From positions 87,234,001-87,298,000 of the forward strand of contig NC_135662.1 of assembly GCF_964188315.1 (NCBI RefSeq): 64,000 nt of DNA, read 5' to 3'. This DNA comes from Podarcis muralis. Taxonomy: Eukaryota. Every line of letters starts with the position of its first letter. Within the stretch, counting starts at the first letter, position 1. Positions 1 to 12,340 of this stretch are shown piece by piece. The notes under the pieces are model-generated. The model was not told the origin of the DNA and did not search any database. It worked only from the letters and a program-made list of their open reading frames with translations. The position numbers were made by a program, and so were the translations under genes.

Positions 1-636
1 ACCTGGAGAACACTTTTAAGTGGACTCAGTGGGAGGAAGTTAGGGATGCAGCAAGCAGAGCCAAACAAGCAAGCCCCTCACCCCGTGTTGTAGTACTCTG
101 TTCAGGCACAATGTCTGAACTGGGCTTTTATCTCCTTTCTGTTGATAGGCTGCTTTGTATGTTCATAAATGGTGCTGTATAAATGATACACTGCTGTGCC
201 TACATGCTTGTTTACCAGCTGCCACCAAAGTGCAGTTAACTGACATTTTGTCTTAATTTGTCTGCATACATTCACTATGCTTTCTCAGTCTTGATTTGCC
301 TCAACATTTTTTAATCATCTTTGCCACCTTTTTATTTTTGTGGGTACCTTGATATGATTAAAGATGCTTGAATGTGTGGCTTGTTCCAAATCCCAAATGA
401 CTGACAATCCATGCTGCTATTATTTTTTACATTTCTTACCTGTCCTTCACCATAGAGTTCCAAGGCAGGTTACAAGAATATAAATATACAATGTTAAAAT
501 TGGTTTAAACGACTGCCTTGCTGTGCTGTCAAGACTTGGGGAAGATGTGAACTATGTATTGAGCAACCTATGTGCCTGTCACTCAGGTGGATGCTTTATG
601 CTTTAAGGATTTTCACATCTGCAATTTATGCCCCAG

Positions 637-3600
637 GATTTTGACATTGCTGGCCAGTATGACCCCATGATTCCTGATGCAGAGTGCCTGAAGATTATTC
701 ATGAGATCCTGAGTGCCCTACAAATAGGAGCATTTGTTATCAAGGTGAGAACAAGTCTAGAAATCTAGAGCAGTTTTATCCAGAATGTACACAAAATACT
801 ATTCTATTTATTTAATCTTGTCCTTTGCTGTGAACATAAAATGAGAAACACAGTTGGTTTTGTCTTAATTTTTCAGTATATATTCATTGTGCTTCCTCAA
901 ATTTGATTAGAAATAATTTATTTCCCCAGCTTTTGCTCCTTTTTCCTTATTTGTATTTGCAGGTCCCTTACCAGAATTGTCCTAGCAAACTTAAATCACT
1001 TACATTGTATATATACCTTGATAGACTATAGATAGACTGTTGATAGGCCATAGATTGTTTAATTAGCCAAAGGCATGGAGGAAGAGGAATGTTTTTGCCT
1101 GGTGCCTAAAGATACGTAATGCGTCTTCCTGGGGAGAGCATCCCACAAGCAGGGAGCCACTGCAGAAAAGGCCCATTTCAGAGTTAGATTGTTACTAATT
1201 ATCTCAATGCTGGTGTCTTCTCCATACTGTAGAAAGAAAGAGGAGGGCTGTGTTCAGTTCTGCCATGAGTGAGATAATGTTTCCACAAGATACATGTGCA
1301 CATGTATCTCCTATTGATTTCAATTTCAGTACTTCAGGGACCTTTTTCCCCACAAAAGTGAGCCAGAGGCAGCTGCCCATCCAACGGCCTCATCTTTCCC
1401 CTGCCCCTCAGAGGTAATAACATGCAGAAGCATGAACCATGAATTGCTACTTGGAAAAAAAAAAAATCAATTTCCCTGCAGGTCAATGACCGTCGTATCC
1501 TTGATGGGATGTTTGCAGTATGTGGAGTTCCGGAGAGCAAATTCCGGTCCATCTGCTCTGCTGTGGACAAGCTAGACAAGGTAAGGACATCAGGATAATA
1601 AATACTGTTTTTACCGTGGCTCAAGTGTTAGGTAAACATGGAAAGGCATTGACATCCCACTGCATTTCCCATGGTGTGACCATAGAGAAAATATCAAAGT
1701 GTATAATAAAAAGAAAGAAAGAAAGAAAAAGTTGGGCACCTAAGGCTACCAGAAGACGTTGCGATAGTTTTTGGTCCTCCCTCAGAACTACAGTGTGTTG
1801 GGGGCTGCTGGCTGGGTCTAGGAAGGCAACGCTTATGATAATCAGAGAAAAGAGGGTCTTCAAGGCTTCCTAAGAACTTTCCTTATGGGTACAGCATTGA
1901 ATATTCACCCTCACCCCTTTTCTGAAACCCTGCTCCTTGAGAATGAAACTGATACTGGATTGCTATTTATGAGTGGCAGAGAAACTGTCAAGTCCGGAAG
2001 AAGTTGACACATATGCAGGAGGTGGAGCTTTTGTTTTTTGAAAAACTTTTGTGGGGGGAATTTATTGGGTTTTATAAGCAAGGATCATAGGAATATTACT
2101 AATATCTACTAATAAATAGACCAAGCCTTCTCATGCCATTCGTATATCACAAAAATAGCATAATACATTTGCAGTGATATCTACAACATATGGGTCATTA
2201 GTGATCAGCGTATAAGTTCTTGTTTCGTGAATTCGTTTAAACAAAAAGAGGAAACTGGACAGAACAGTTTACAGATAACATTCAATATTACATAACTAAA
2301 TGCATAATCATGAGCCATAGTGGTAGTGGGGTACTTTTTATTTGCTTCTGTTTTTTTGGGCACGATCCTGCAACTGGGATCAGTGGACAATTTTCCATTA
2401 GGCTGACCTTGAGGGTTTTTCTTTTTTAACCCTCGGAAATAAGGTGCTTATCAGTGCTCATAACTTGCAGACTAATTTTCGCTATAGCTACTGTTTATAT
2501 CTTGGTATAATAAAGTTTTCAGATCAACACTCATTCTATAATTACTCTTTTAATTGCTCCATTAACATTAGTCTAGTACTTCATGACAACTTGAGACGTC
2601 CGCAGTTTAAAGTTACTCTTTCTGTCTTCTTAAGATCCCACATGCTGGGAGTAATGAGTAATGATTACCTTGACTTCTTAGCTTAACTGCTCAGTTTGCG
2701 GATCTGTTTTTGTCCTATTGAAATGCTTGGATTGCCACATCACACTATTTACCTCTTCAAAGGGCTGCCATTCAAATATGGCAGACCCAAGTTAGCACAC
2801 AGAGTTCCACATGCAATAGTACACACTTAATAAGGCCAAGGCAGAATGCTAACATTATTTCATTTTTGAATTGTTTTCTGTGGAAAGGATAGGTTCCAGT
2901 ACATGTATCACAAATCCCAAGTGTCTAGTTAATTTGCACCACAACAATATTTTGCTTTCCCTGCTCCTTTTTTTCAAATTAATGCAAAATTAAGTGTGGG
3001 TAGGAGCAGGGAAGCCCTGCTCTCAACAGTTTTGTGTGATGAAGGATCTTGCTATATCAGGATCCCTGATTGCAAGTAGAAGCTCTAGGCACACCTTCCC
3101 TGTGCAACATAAGGAAGGTCAGGGACTGGGCAGGGGAGGGGAGTGCATGTTTTGAGGCAGAGCTTGTATATATACTCCTGGCCCTATACTCACTATAGCA
3201 AATGCCTGAACATGTCTTATGTGTATCTCCCATCAAATGAGGCACTTTTTCTGCAGTAATGCTGTTGCTTTTTTATTGCACATCACCCCTCAGGGACTTG
3301 GTAGAATGTTCTGGAGTTTATTTTCTCATTTGTTAGTCAACAGGGGTTTGAAATATGGAGAGAAGTCCCATGGAATCAGAATAGAAATGAGACAAGGAAA
3401 ATGCTTCTGAACTATCCCAGGCTCTTATAAGTGGTTAAAAAAAAACCACTGGATAAATGACTTGTTAAAACATTAAGAGACCATATAACTCTCATTCTGT
3501 ACACAGATGGCTTGGGAAGATGTGAGAAGTGAGATGGTTGGAGAGAAGGGTCTCTCGCCAGAGATTGCAGATCATATTGGTGAATATGTTCAGCTTAGGG

Positions 3601-6600
3601 GTGAGTATGAAAAAGGAAAGCTTTGTCATTCTTATTCTGAGGCATGTGGGCTTGGGATCTCATGCTCATGCAATCCATCTAGCTGCTGTTCAAGATAGTG
3701 TTTAATCTCTGTGACACAGAAAGGGATGTTGTGTTAGCACCAATGCATACACAACTGAGCGGGGGAGGGACAGAGAACAGGAAACGATGTTGTTTGTTCT
3801 CTTGTATTTCTGTGGACACATTGCAGGGAGAAGGGAAGTATATCTCCATACTGATCAAAAGAGAAGCACAATCCAAAGTCTGGAAGCAAAAGCATACGGG
3901 TCATTGTATTTTCCTGTAAGGTCGTCATGTCTGACTCTGCACATAGTCTGAAATACCAAAGGGGTGGTCAGCCTCCTCACCCCCTCTGGAGAGTACTGGC
4001 AACCGCGGCTAAAACACTTAGCTGATGGGCAAAGGAGTCTGTGGGTTTAACTTTCCAGTGTCTAAAATTCTATTTAACCTAAGTATAGCCATATTAAAAC
4101 AGATACAACTGCATCAGATGAGAGAAGTAAGAAATAACTGTTGAGCTGGGTTGGCAGGAGATGGTTTTCTGTCGGTCCTGATGCATATTTTGCAGAGGAT
4201 AATACGTACCGCATGTATCACTTCTGCAGGTGGGCTGAGTCTGATTGAGCAGTTGCTCCAAGATCCAAAGCTGTCACAGAACAAGCTGGCTAGGGAAGGC
4301 CTTGAAGAAATGAAGCTGCTGTTTGAGTACTTGACTATTTTCGGCATTTTGGAGCAAGTGAGTGAGGGCAGTGCAATTCTAATCCTGGTCTATCTAATCA
4401 CCTGTGTGTTTCTGACCGCTAAGGAGGTTCTGATCCTATTTTGCAGGTTTCCTTTGACCTGAGCCTGGCTCGTGGCTTGGATTACTACACTGGAGTAATC
4501 TGTGAGGCTGTTCTCCAGCAAAGTGACCAGACAGATGAGTCTGTTAGTGTGGGCAGCATAGCTGGAGGTGGCCGCTATGATGGACTAGTAGGGATGTTTG
4601 ACCCCAAGGGGCGGAAAGTGCCTTGTGTTGGATTCAGCGTTGGCATTGAACGGATCTTCTCCATCATGGAACAAAAAGTGGCGGTAAGGACTGCTTGCTT
4701 TTCCCTTTCTCAAGGTTTGGTTAGCTCACAACAGACAACTACAAGCTCTGTCAGTTTTGGAGTCTGTAGCCATGTGACTCTCAAGAGCTTTTAAGTACAC
4801 TGTATATTTTGAGAGACTTTTTGCATCAACTAAAGTTGTCATGTGAGTACCTGCTCATCCAAAATGTTGAGGAATATATCCATTATTGGAGGAACTGGAG
4901 TTTAGCTGTAGACATACCAAGCTGACCCCATACAGTGGTGCCTCGCAAGACGGAAAACCCGCTAGACGAAAGGGTTTTCCGTTTTGGAGGCGCTTCGCAA
5001 AACGAATTTCCCTATGGGGTTGCTTCGCAAGACGAAAAAATCTTGCGCGCCCCCGCGGGTTTTTTCCACTTCCCCCCCCCTTTTCCTAAGCCGCTAAGCA
5101 GCCTATCAGCTGTTCCGCTGATAACCCGCTTAACAGCTGATCGCGAAAAGCCGCTAGACCGCTGTAGCGCTAATCCGCTAAGCTGTCAATGGGCTTGCTT
5201 CGCAAGACGAAAAAACCGCTAGACGAAGAGAATCGCGGAACGGATTCTTTTCGTCTTGCGAGGCACCACTGTAGTTCCGTTACACAAGTATTTAAGGGAG
5301 TGGGGGCTGAATGAGATTTGTATCAGTGTCTCAATGGAATGGGGATAGAGTTATGCGTATGCTTAAACTCTCTAGAAAAGACAGAATGTGGAAGAGGTTA
5401 CTCTGTATGCCAGGGTACAGAGTCCCAAACTAGAAATATTTAGAGGGATAAACTTCTCCACAGAATCACTTTGCATGGAAATACAAAGTGAAAAATGTAA
5501 TTCAGTTCAGAGGATACATTACGCTTGCACACCAGCTTTTTGAAGTTCTTTGAGGGTATGTACAAATAGACCATTTTCCTTCAATGTGTTGAAGTTATCT
5601 GCACAATCCATTATTTTATAAACTTCATATCACATTTCTCCTTGATCTTTTTTTTTTCAAAAGAAAAATGAATGTATTATTATTTTAACAGCCAGAGAGC
5701 TTATTAGCCAGTCTTGACCCTAAGTGTTTAAGCTGTTTCTCCTGTGAAAAGGGTGGAAAGGCGTACTTTCCATATGATAGCTAGCAGGTCCATTAGTAGT
5801 AGGAAGGCTCTGTTGTGGTGCAATTTGTTGTGTTTGTGGTGGTGGGGTCTTTCTACTTGAATCTCACTGTTTTTTACACTGGGATATGTGCTGCATCTAC
5901 AGCTTCTTCTTCTTTGGCAATCCCTCGTAGCTGAGTAAGATTGTCTTTCATAAACATGGTTTTAACAAGGAGTCCGTAAGTGACTGTGGAGGCCAGTTCT
6001 GGATCCACACATTTCCAGGTGGGAGTTGATCACAGTGTGGATTTGCCAAGCGTGCCTTCCTCTTAGCAGGTTTCTCCCTTGCGTCCTGAGTTTGAGTGTC
6101 TTCAAAGCCCATGATACCTTTGGTAAAGGCATCCTCGCAGGCCAGTGTTTCCCAGTTGTCAGTGTGTATACTACATTTTTTTAGATTTGCCTTGAGACAG
6201 TCTTTAAACCTCTTTTGTTGACCACCAGCATTACGCTTTCCATTTTTAAGTTCGGAATAGAGTAGTTGGACGTTGAACTCCCAAGAGACTGTGATCTACC
6301 CATTTTTTTTAGGGAGGCAGACCAAAGTTGTTGACCTTTTTTAAAACAGCAAGTGTCCAGGATTAAAATAAATTGCTCACCAACAGCGCAGCGCTACAGG
6401 AGACAACAAAGGAACGATCACTAAATGCGATGCAGGGAAAGACCGAGGGGGGAGGGGCAGAGATAAGGATCTGGGGATCATCCAGAGATCAACCTGTCGA
6501 TCGTGGTTGATGGGTTGGACACCCCTGAGCTACAGGTTTGCTATAAACACATCTGTCTCTAATGCGCAACAGCACCTATTTGCTTGCTGTAGTACCAAGG

Positions 6601-9600
6601 GTAGCATAGTTCTTCAGTACTGTTGGGATAGTTCAATAGTCTATTGTACAGTGAAATAAGCTCATATAACTACTTGAAATCATCTGGCATACATGAATTT
6701 TGGGATTCTCTTGTTAGAGTGCTTCTATGTATCTTTTTCAAACTTCTGTCTCCACCTTCAGGCTTCTGAGGAAAAGATCCGGACAACTGGGACCCAGGTG
6801 CTGGTGGCGTCTGCTCAGAAGAAACTCCTTGAAGAGAGGCTAAAGCTTGTTTCTGAGCTGTGGGATTCTGGGATCAAGGTGCAACTGCAGTATATAAAGG
6901 GTTGGGCCCAAAATAGGGGTCATAGAATTAGGGGTGGGGAGAAGGGGAGTTCTTTCTGTTCCTGTCTTTGTCATGTGGCAGGAATGAATAATAGGAATAG
7001 GGGTATGTTTGACAGGTGGGGGGACCAGACCTTCCTACACACATTCACATGGGCATAGCCAGGATTTTTGTTAGGGGGGCAGAACTGACGTGATTGGTCA
7101 GTTAGTTAAATATTTCTATTGTTTTACTTGATCGGGGGGGGGGGGAATTGCCCCCCCCCACCGGCTACACCCATGCACATTCACCTCCATTCAAGCAGTA
7201 AAATGTATTATTGCAGTTCAAGGCACTTCCAAAGGGTGAGGCACCTAGAGAAAGGCATTTGAGGATGGGTGTGGCCTGGGGCAAGTGGCAGTGTAGCTAC
7301 ATGGTTTGCCCTCTAGTTGATTAAATAGCCTAATACTTCATCCTAAAATAGTTGGATGAATGTAACCCTAACCTTTTGTTTTTAAAAAAATGCAAAATCC
7401 TGCTAGATCTGCAGCCTTAAGTGAAACATGCAGTGTTGATGACTTGGACTTTGTATAGTCTGAATTAAGTTTGCATTATAAGGATCATTATGTTCTGCAA
7501 TAAGGGAATCTAGGTGTTGATTTCAATATATTCCTGGCATTTAGAGGCATCTGCCAGTAGGTAGTGTATAGCACAACAGGCTTCAATCTTTCTATGATCA
7601 GGAAATATTATTTGCATCATTACTCCTACCAAGAACCCCCTAAAACTGCCATGGTAAGCCAATGTGTTGAAGTTTCTGGGTATGTTTGATTGGTTCACAC
7701 GGGTCATTGGTCAAGTCTACTGAATTTCATGTGGGCTAACAGTTTGCCCTAGGAAACACACTAGGCATACATTTCCAGATTGCTGGGGAGGGATGGGAAT
7801 GATGAATAGCCTCTTTTTAGATAAGCCTATGTACAATCAGTGTTCTTTTCGTTGAGAAAACCTGGATAAGCTTTCTAAATGGTCCCCCAACACCACGGTT
7901 TGAAACCTACTTGCAAAGAACAGTGGAGGTTACTCTGTCTTGGCCTACTTTTTCCCCTCTGATTTTTAGGCAGAGGTGCTTTATAAGAAGAACCCCAAAC
8001 TATTGAACCAGTTGCAGTACTGTGAGGAGACGGGAATCCCTCTTGTTGCCATCCTGGGAGAGCAAGAGCTAAATGACGGAGTGGTCAAACTGCGAGATGT
8101 AGCTACTAGAGAAGAGGTACTCATGGCTCTTCACCTTAGGTTTTTGCAAAGAGAAAGATACTGAGGGTAGAACTATAACTAATGTCCAGCTAAAAGCAGG
8201 AGTAATTTCATAAAAATGGAATTCCTTTGTCTTATTAGCCAGAAGGGCTCTGCACACAACATAAAACTATATCTGCGCAAACGTAAATGTATTTATTACA
8301 TTTATATTATACCTTTCTACAAGTAGCTCAAAGTAGTATACATCTTTCTCCCCACTTTAATTTATCTTCTCAACAATCCTGTGAGATAAGTTCAACTGAG
8401 AGACAGTCCCTGGCCAGTTATCACCCACTGAGCTATATGGCTGGAGCAGAGATTTCAATCTAGTCCAGCATTAGAACAACTGTGTCACACTGGTTCTCAA
8501 GTGTTATCAGGTCTGCCCTGGGGTCACATTTAGTGTTCTTGTTGTTTGCTACTACTCAGGCTCACTGATGCTATTCATTTAAGTCTTTCAAAGGCAGGAG
8601 ATAAGAAGTTTTAAGATTAGAGAAGTCTCGAATAAGGTGTGAATTATCTAATCCAAAGATAAAGGAGCTCTTACTGGCTCCTTTGTATTGAATGAGGTAC
8701 ATCACACTTTATTATAATTTAAGCAATTACAACTTGTTTTTCAGGCCAGTTACACATATATTTTGGAGACAGCAATACATTCCTTGCTAACCCAATAATT
8801 CAAATGTTTGTTTTTCTTTCCTGATCTTGTTTGGCCAGCCATAGCAGCTATGTTGGGTAACAGAAAGCCCAAGGGAACTGCTTAACAGTTCGAGAATACA
8901 AACTATATGGGAACCTAGATATTATACACTTAAAGTATATATTAAACATATGCATTCTTGCTTAATCTCACAACTAACTTCATCCAAATGCACAAATACG
9001 TCTGTCTGACCACTTTTCCATCCTGATTTCCTTACACCTGTACTGGTGGTGTTGCCAGTGACTGTTTCATAGGGCAGAACAAGGTGAATCATGCTCTTGA
9101 AATACTGCAGTACTGAAAGTGCAGTGTATGTTCCATTTGAGGAGTAATAGTTCTTAGCTACAGAGCAAGGAAATACGACTAATTTGGCTTATCTTGTGAA
9201 CTTGCCATTTAAATTGTTTTAAGCATGGCAAAACCTCCTGTTTCCAAAAAGGACAGGGTGAGGAGGTCTGATCTCTTCATTGCTGTTAATTGATCTCTGA
9301 GACATGGAGGAGAGGGGAAAAGAAAAGGCAACAAAACTTTCTTCAACGTTGTTTGGAGGGCAGATTTCCGCCGCCCCCCGCCCCCCCCCTCCTCTGTCTA
9401 GGATTTCTCTCACACAGTTGCAAAACCACAGGAGATCTTATCTTGCTAGGCTCTGCCTAAAAAAACCCTGTGTCCCCCCCCCCACACACACACACATTCT
9501 GTGACATCCAAGAAAAAGCAATGTAAAAGCAGCCATTCAGGGCACATGTAGACTTGAATAGTGTCAAAAATTATGGCAAATGAGCGATCCAGCTGAGGAC

Positions 9601-10098
9601 TTGATAAACCTTCTGCAACTTTAAAGTGATAGAAAAATTGCAAAGTCAATTTAACAGAGGAAAAGGTAGCTAGAGGGGTGGTTTATTATAACACAGAATA
9701 CACTGGCCTGATTCACATGTCAAAGTAAGTCAAACTCTTGGCTTGTTCTTGGCTATAGTTGGTGATTAGGGAGCAGAGAGAGAGCTTAACCATGATGACA
9801 GGCTAAGCCAAAGCTTCGCTTAGCAAAGGGTTGAGGTGCAGCAGAGCGGCTCTGCAAGCTCTCTTCTGGGAGCCCACACAGTTGCATGGCCCCAGTAAGG
9901 CATAGCTGGGCTTACTATATTGTACAAACTAAGCCATTGTGCTGGGGGATATTTCAGTAGGCTCTTGGGGGGCAAATGCGCTGGGGTAGGGAGTGAGAGA
10001 CCAATGTTTTGTAGCTTACTCATGTTTCTGCTTTGCAGGTGAATGTTCGCAGAGAAGGAATTATTGAGGAAATCAAGAGACGAACGTGTCTTCCCTAG
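637..10098 (+). CDS. HARS1: Histidyl-tRNA synthetase, 3' part (5' exons lie outside the window)
   Basis: GT-AG exons 637-744 ([19 protein letters not shown]), 1482-1580, 3507-3600, 4230-4357, 4447-4683 ([20 protein letters not shown]), 6762-6878, 7970-8116, 10039-10098 (TAG stop). Phases are consistent. HARS1 rather than HARS2 is assigned by synteny (same strand as, and upstream of, DND1). Confidence 0.95.
4933..5271. mobile_element. Tc1/mariner-type (Tigger-like) MITE
   Basis: Perfect 20-bp TIR CAGTGGTGCCTCGCAAGACG, TA on both flanks, non-coding interior. Confidence 0.85.
5903..6270 (-). mobile_element. RTE-clade LINE, 5'-truncated 3' fragment
   Basis: - strand encodes [43 protein letters not shown], like RTE ORF C-termini; (GAA)n-like tail. 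Confidence 0.75.
7048..7175. mobile_element. hAT-type MITE
   Basis: TIR CATGGGCATAGCC / GGCTACACCCATG with perfect 8-bp TSD CACATTCA (7040-7047, 7176-7183). Confidence 0.85.
8290..8495 (-). mobile_element. Degenerate squamate CORE-type SINE
   Basis: Resembles the reverse complement of the copy at 51960-52160 (ccctgtgag...ctgaga...cacccactgagct motifs). Confidence 0.5.
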
Positions 10099-10453
10099 AG
10101 GTTTTCACTGGATTCCCTTGGGAAGATTTGCTGAGACCCTTTTCAAAACATAATGCCCGTTTTGCTCATAATACATTCTTGGACGTGGGGGGGGGGGGGG
10201 GAGGTCCTCAAAGCTGTATTTATTTTACCATGAAGCTTCTTTTCACTGGATTTGAGGAGTGACAGGACATTATTTTATTTTATTTTTAAAGTTGCTCCTA
10301 TAAAATAATTCAAAAAAACCTTTGAGTTGTTTTCTAGGGAACGCCATCTGCTCTGTGAGCATCTTGGTGTTTACACAGGGAGAGTGCATGACACTTTCAG
10401 CATTCTGGTCTATGCACTCTCCCTGTTCTGACTTCATCTGTCAGCATTATATT

Positions 10454-10459
10454 AATAAA
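10454..10459 (+). terminator. Probable HARS1 poly(A) signal AATAAA
   Basis: AATAAA about 355 nt after the stop, with a TG/T-rich stretch downstream. Confidence 0.6.
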
Positions 10460-11279
10460 GCTTATAACAACCCCATGCTTTCTGCTGTGTTCATGTTTTC
10501 CCTTTCAGCTACACAAACATGATGCGCAGCCACCATTGCATTTCTCAAATTAAGCACATTTCACAGCAGGGGTGCTATTTTACCAATCCTCTGCATGTCA
10601 AATAATTGGTTTTAGCTTTGGCCAGGTGTTGCCTCAGGAGCAGACCTGGTAGCCCTATTATTACTCACAGGAACTGCTTACCGGTACTTCTCCCTAAACA
10701 AAATAACAACAGAATAGCTAAAGTTTTCAAAAGAGTGAACATGGGCCCTGTGCCCAGCCAACTTGTATGAAAATTGCTTGCCTTTAAGGTGAGCCCCAGA
10801 CTGGTGCAGTTAAAAGTAAGCAACAGCAACCCTTACAATCTTTACCATGATATATTTAAAGGGGGGTGCTGGTGTGGACTGGGCAGAATAGTGCAGTTGG
10901 TGAAGCCTTTGCGAGTGATTCACAGGTATTTCAATTAACAATAATGGTGCTCTACTCAGGTGTGGACAATCTCTAGCCTGCAAATATTCCAGGAGTTTTC
11001 ACAGCTTGTCAGGTTTATCTCTGCCTCCTGTTCTCCTTAATCCTTAAGTATTGGGTGAAGGTGTCTTTCACACATAGTGGATTGCATGCGGAATGAGTCC
11101 CTCCTTCAAAGGAGTTCTCTCTCTGGTCAGCACAATGGTGGTAGGCTGTGCCAGGGAAGTGTGAGACATTGGTGAAATTTTTCTCCCTAGAAAATAGTCA
11201 CCTGTTGAATTTCGGTATTATATGGGAGGGGAGCAGTTGACGTTTCAGCCTTTGCCACCACCAACAAAATAAACCCAAT

Positions 11280-12340
11280 TTGCCGCGTTAGCAACATAAG
11301 GCTGTTCAATAAATAGCCCACCAGCAGCTCGGAATATTTTTTAAATGTGGTCCTGTGCGTCTTTATTACTGAAAAAACCCCCAAGGAGTTCAGCCTGCAA
11401 GGGGGCGCCGCTGCTCTCCGGGCGCCTAAACTTAGCAGGCCGCCGGCGCTATGCAAGGCGCGCTTATGGCCCCAGCTTGCTACTACTTGGCTGCGTCACG
11501 TGTGAATGGCCTGGGCCCGCTAATCAAAGGATTGGAAAGTGGTGGGAACGATCTCGGGGTCGAAGCGAAGAGAACGGCGGGCTTCGCGCAGTTTCTGCGA
11601 AAGAAAGGGATCCCGCTGACCAGGAAGGACCCCCGCCCCGGGGGCGGGTTGTTAATCTACCAATCAGCAGAGGAAAGCGGCCTGGGGAGCAACCCCCCGG
11701 GCTAGAAAAGGAGCGGCCGCCCCCGCCGGCGAGGAGGGTGTGGCTGGGAAGGCGTTGGCCGAGAAGGGCGCTATGGATGGCGCGCAGGTGGGTAGACTGA
11801 AGCCTCTTACGTTTTTTCCAGTAGGAGGGGAGAGAAATGGGGGGATCTGAGCCAAATCTAGTTCTTGGGCGGGCGGGGAGCTGGCCTGGCGCAAACCAGG
11901 GACCTGGGGATGCTCTTCTTACCTGGGAGCGAATCTCGTGGCGCTTAAAGGCGGGCTGACTTTGGAGCGCCGCCGTCGCTACTTCCCTCCCTCGCAATAC
12001 AAGTCGGCTGCGCGGCACGAGGTCCTCTCGCGCAAAGGGACTCCCCCCCCCCCCGCTCCCCAAAAATGCTCCGAAGGAGTTGGGAACAGGTTATTGGTTT
12101 CTGAAATAAGGGGTGCGCAGTGTGTTTCGCGACTGACACGTGTCTTTGCGAGACCGCTCTTGGCCGTGATTGATTACTGAGGTACTGGTCCTGTCCCGCC
12201 CCCCCCCCCCCCAAAAAAGGAAATTTCAACTTTCCTTTCCCTGGAGGGGCATTACCTTCTAAAATGGTCGAAGCCGGCGGGTTAGCTGCACTCCTTCTCC
12301 CCAAAGCGAAGCCCCGTTGCCGAAGTGCGAGCGGCTTGTT
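11280..12340. promoter_or_regulatory. CpG island, DND1 promoter/exon 1/intron 1
   Basis: High GC and CpG density; CCAAT boxes at 11530-11534 (ATTGG) and 11660-11664, GC box at 11641, E-box TCACGTG at 11496-11502. Confidence 0.8.

Noticed and set aside
1621-1863. 80-aa - strand ORF with a signal-peptide-like start
   Set aside because: In HARS intron 7, AT-rich and partly repeat-derived; no promoter or homology support.
10186-10201. Poly-G tract in the HARS1 3' UTR (possible G-quadruplex)
   Set aside because: Poly-G/C runs are frequent across the window and prone to sequencing error.
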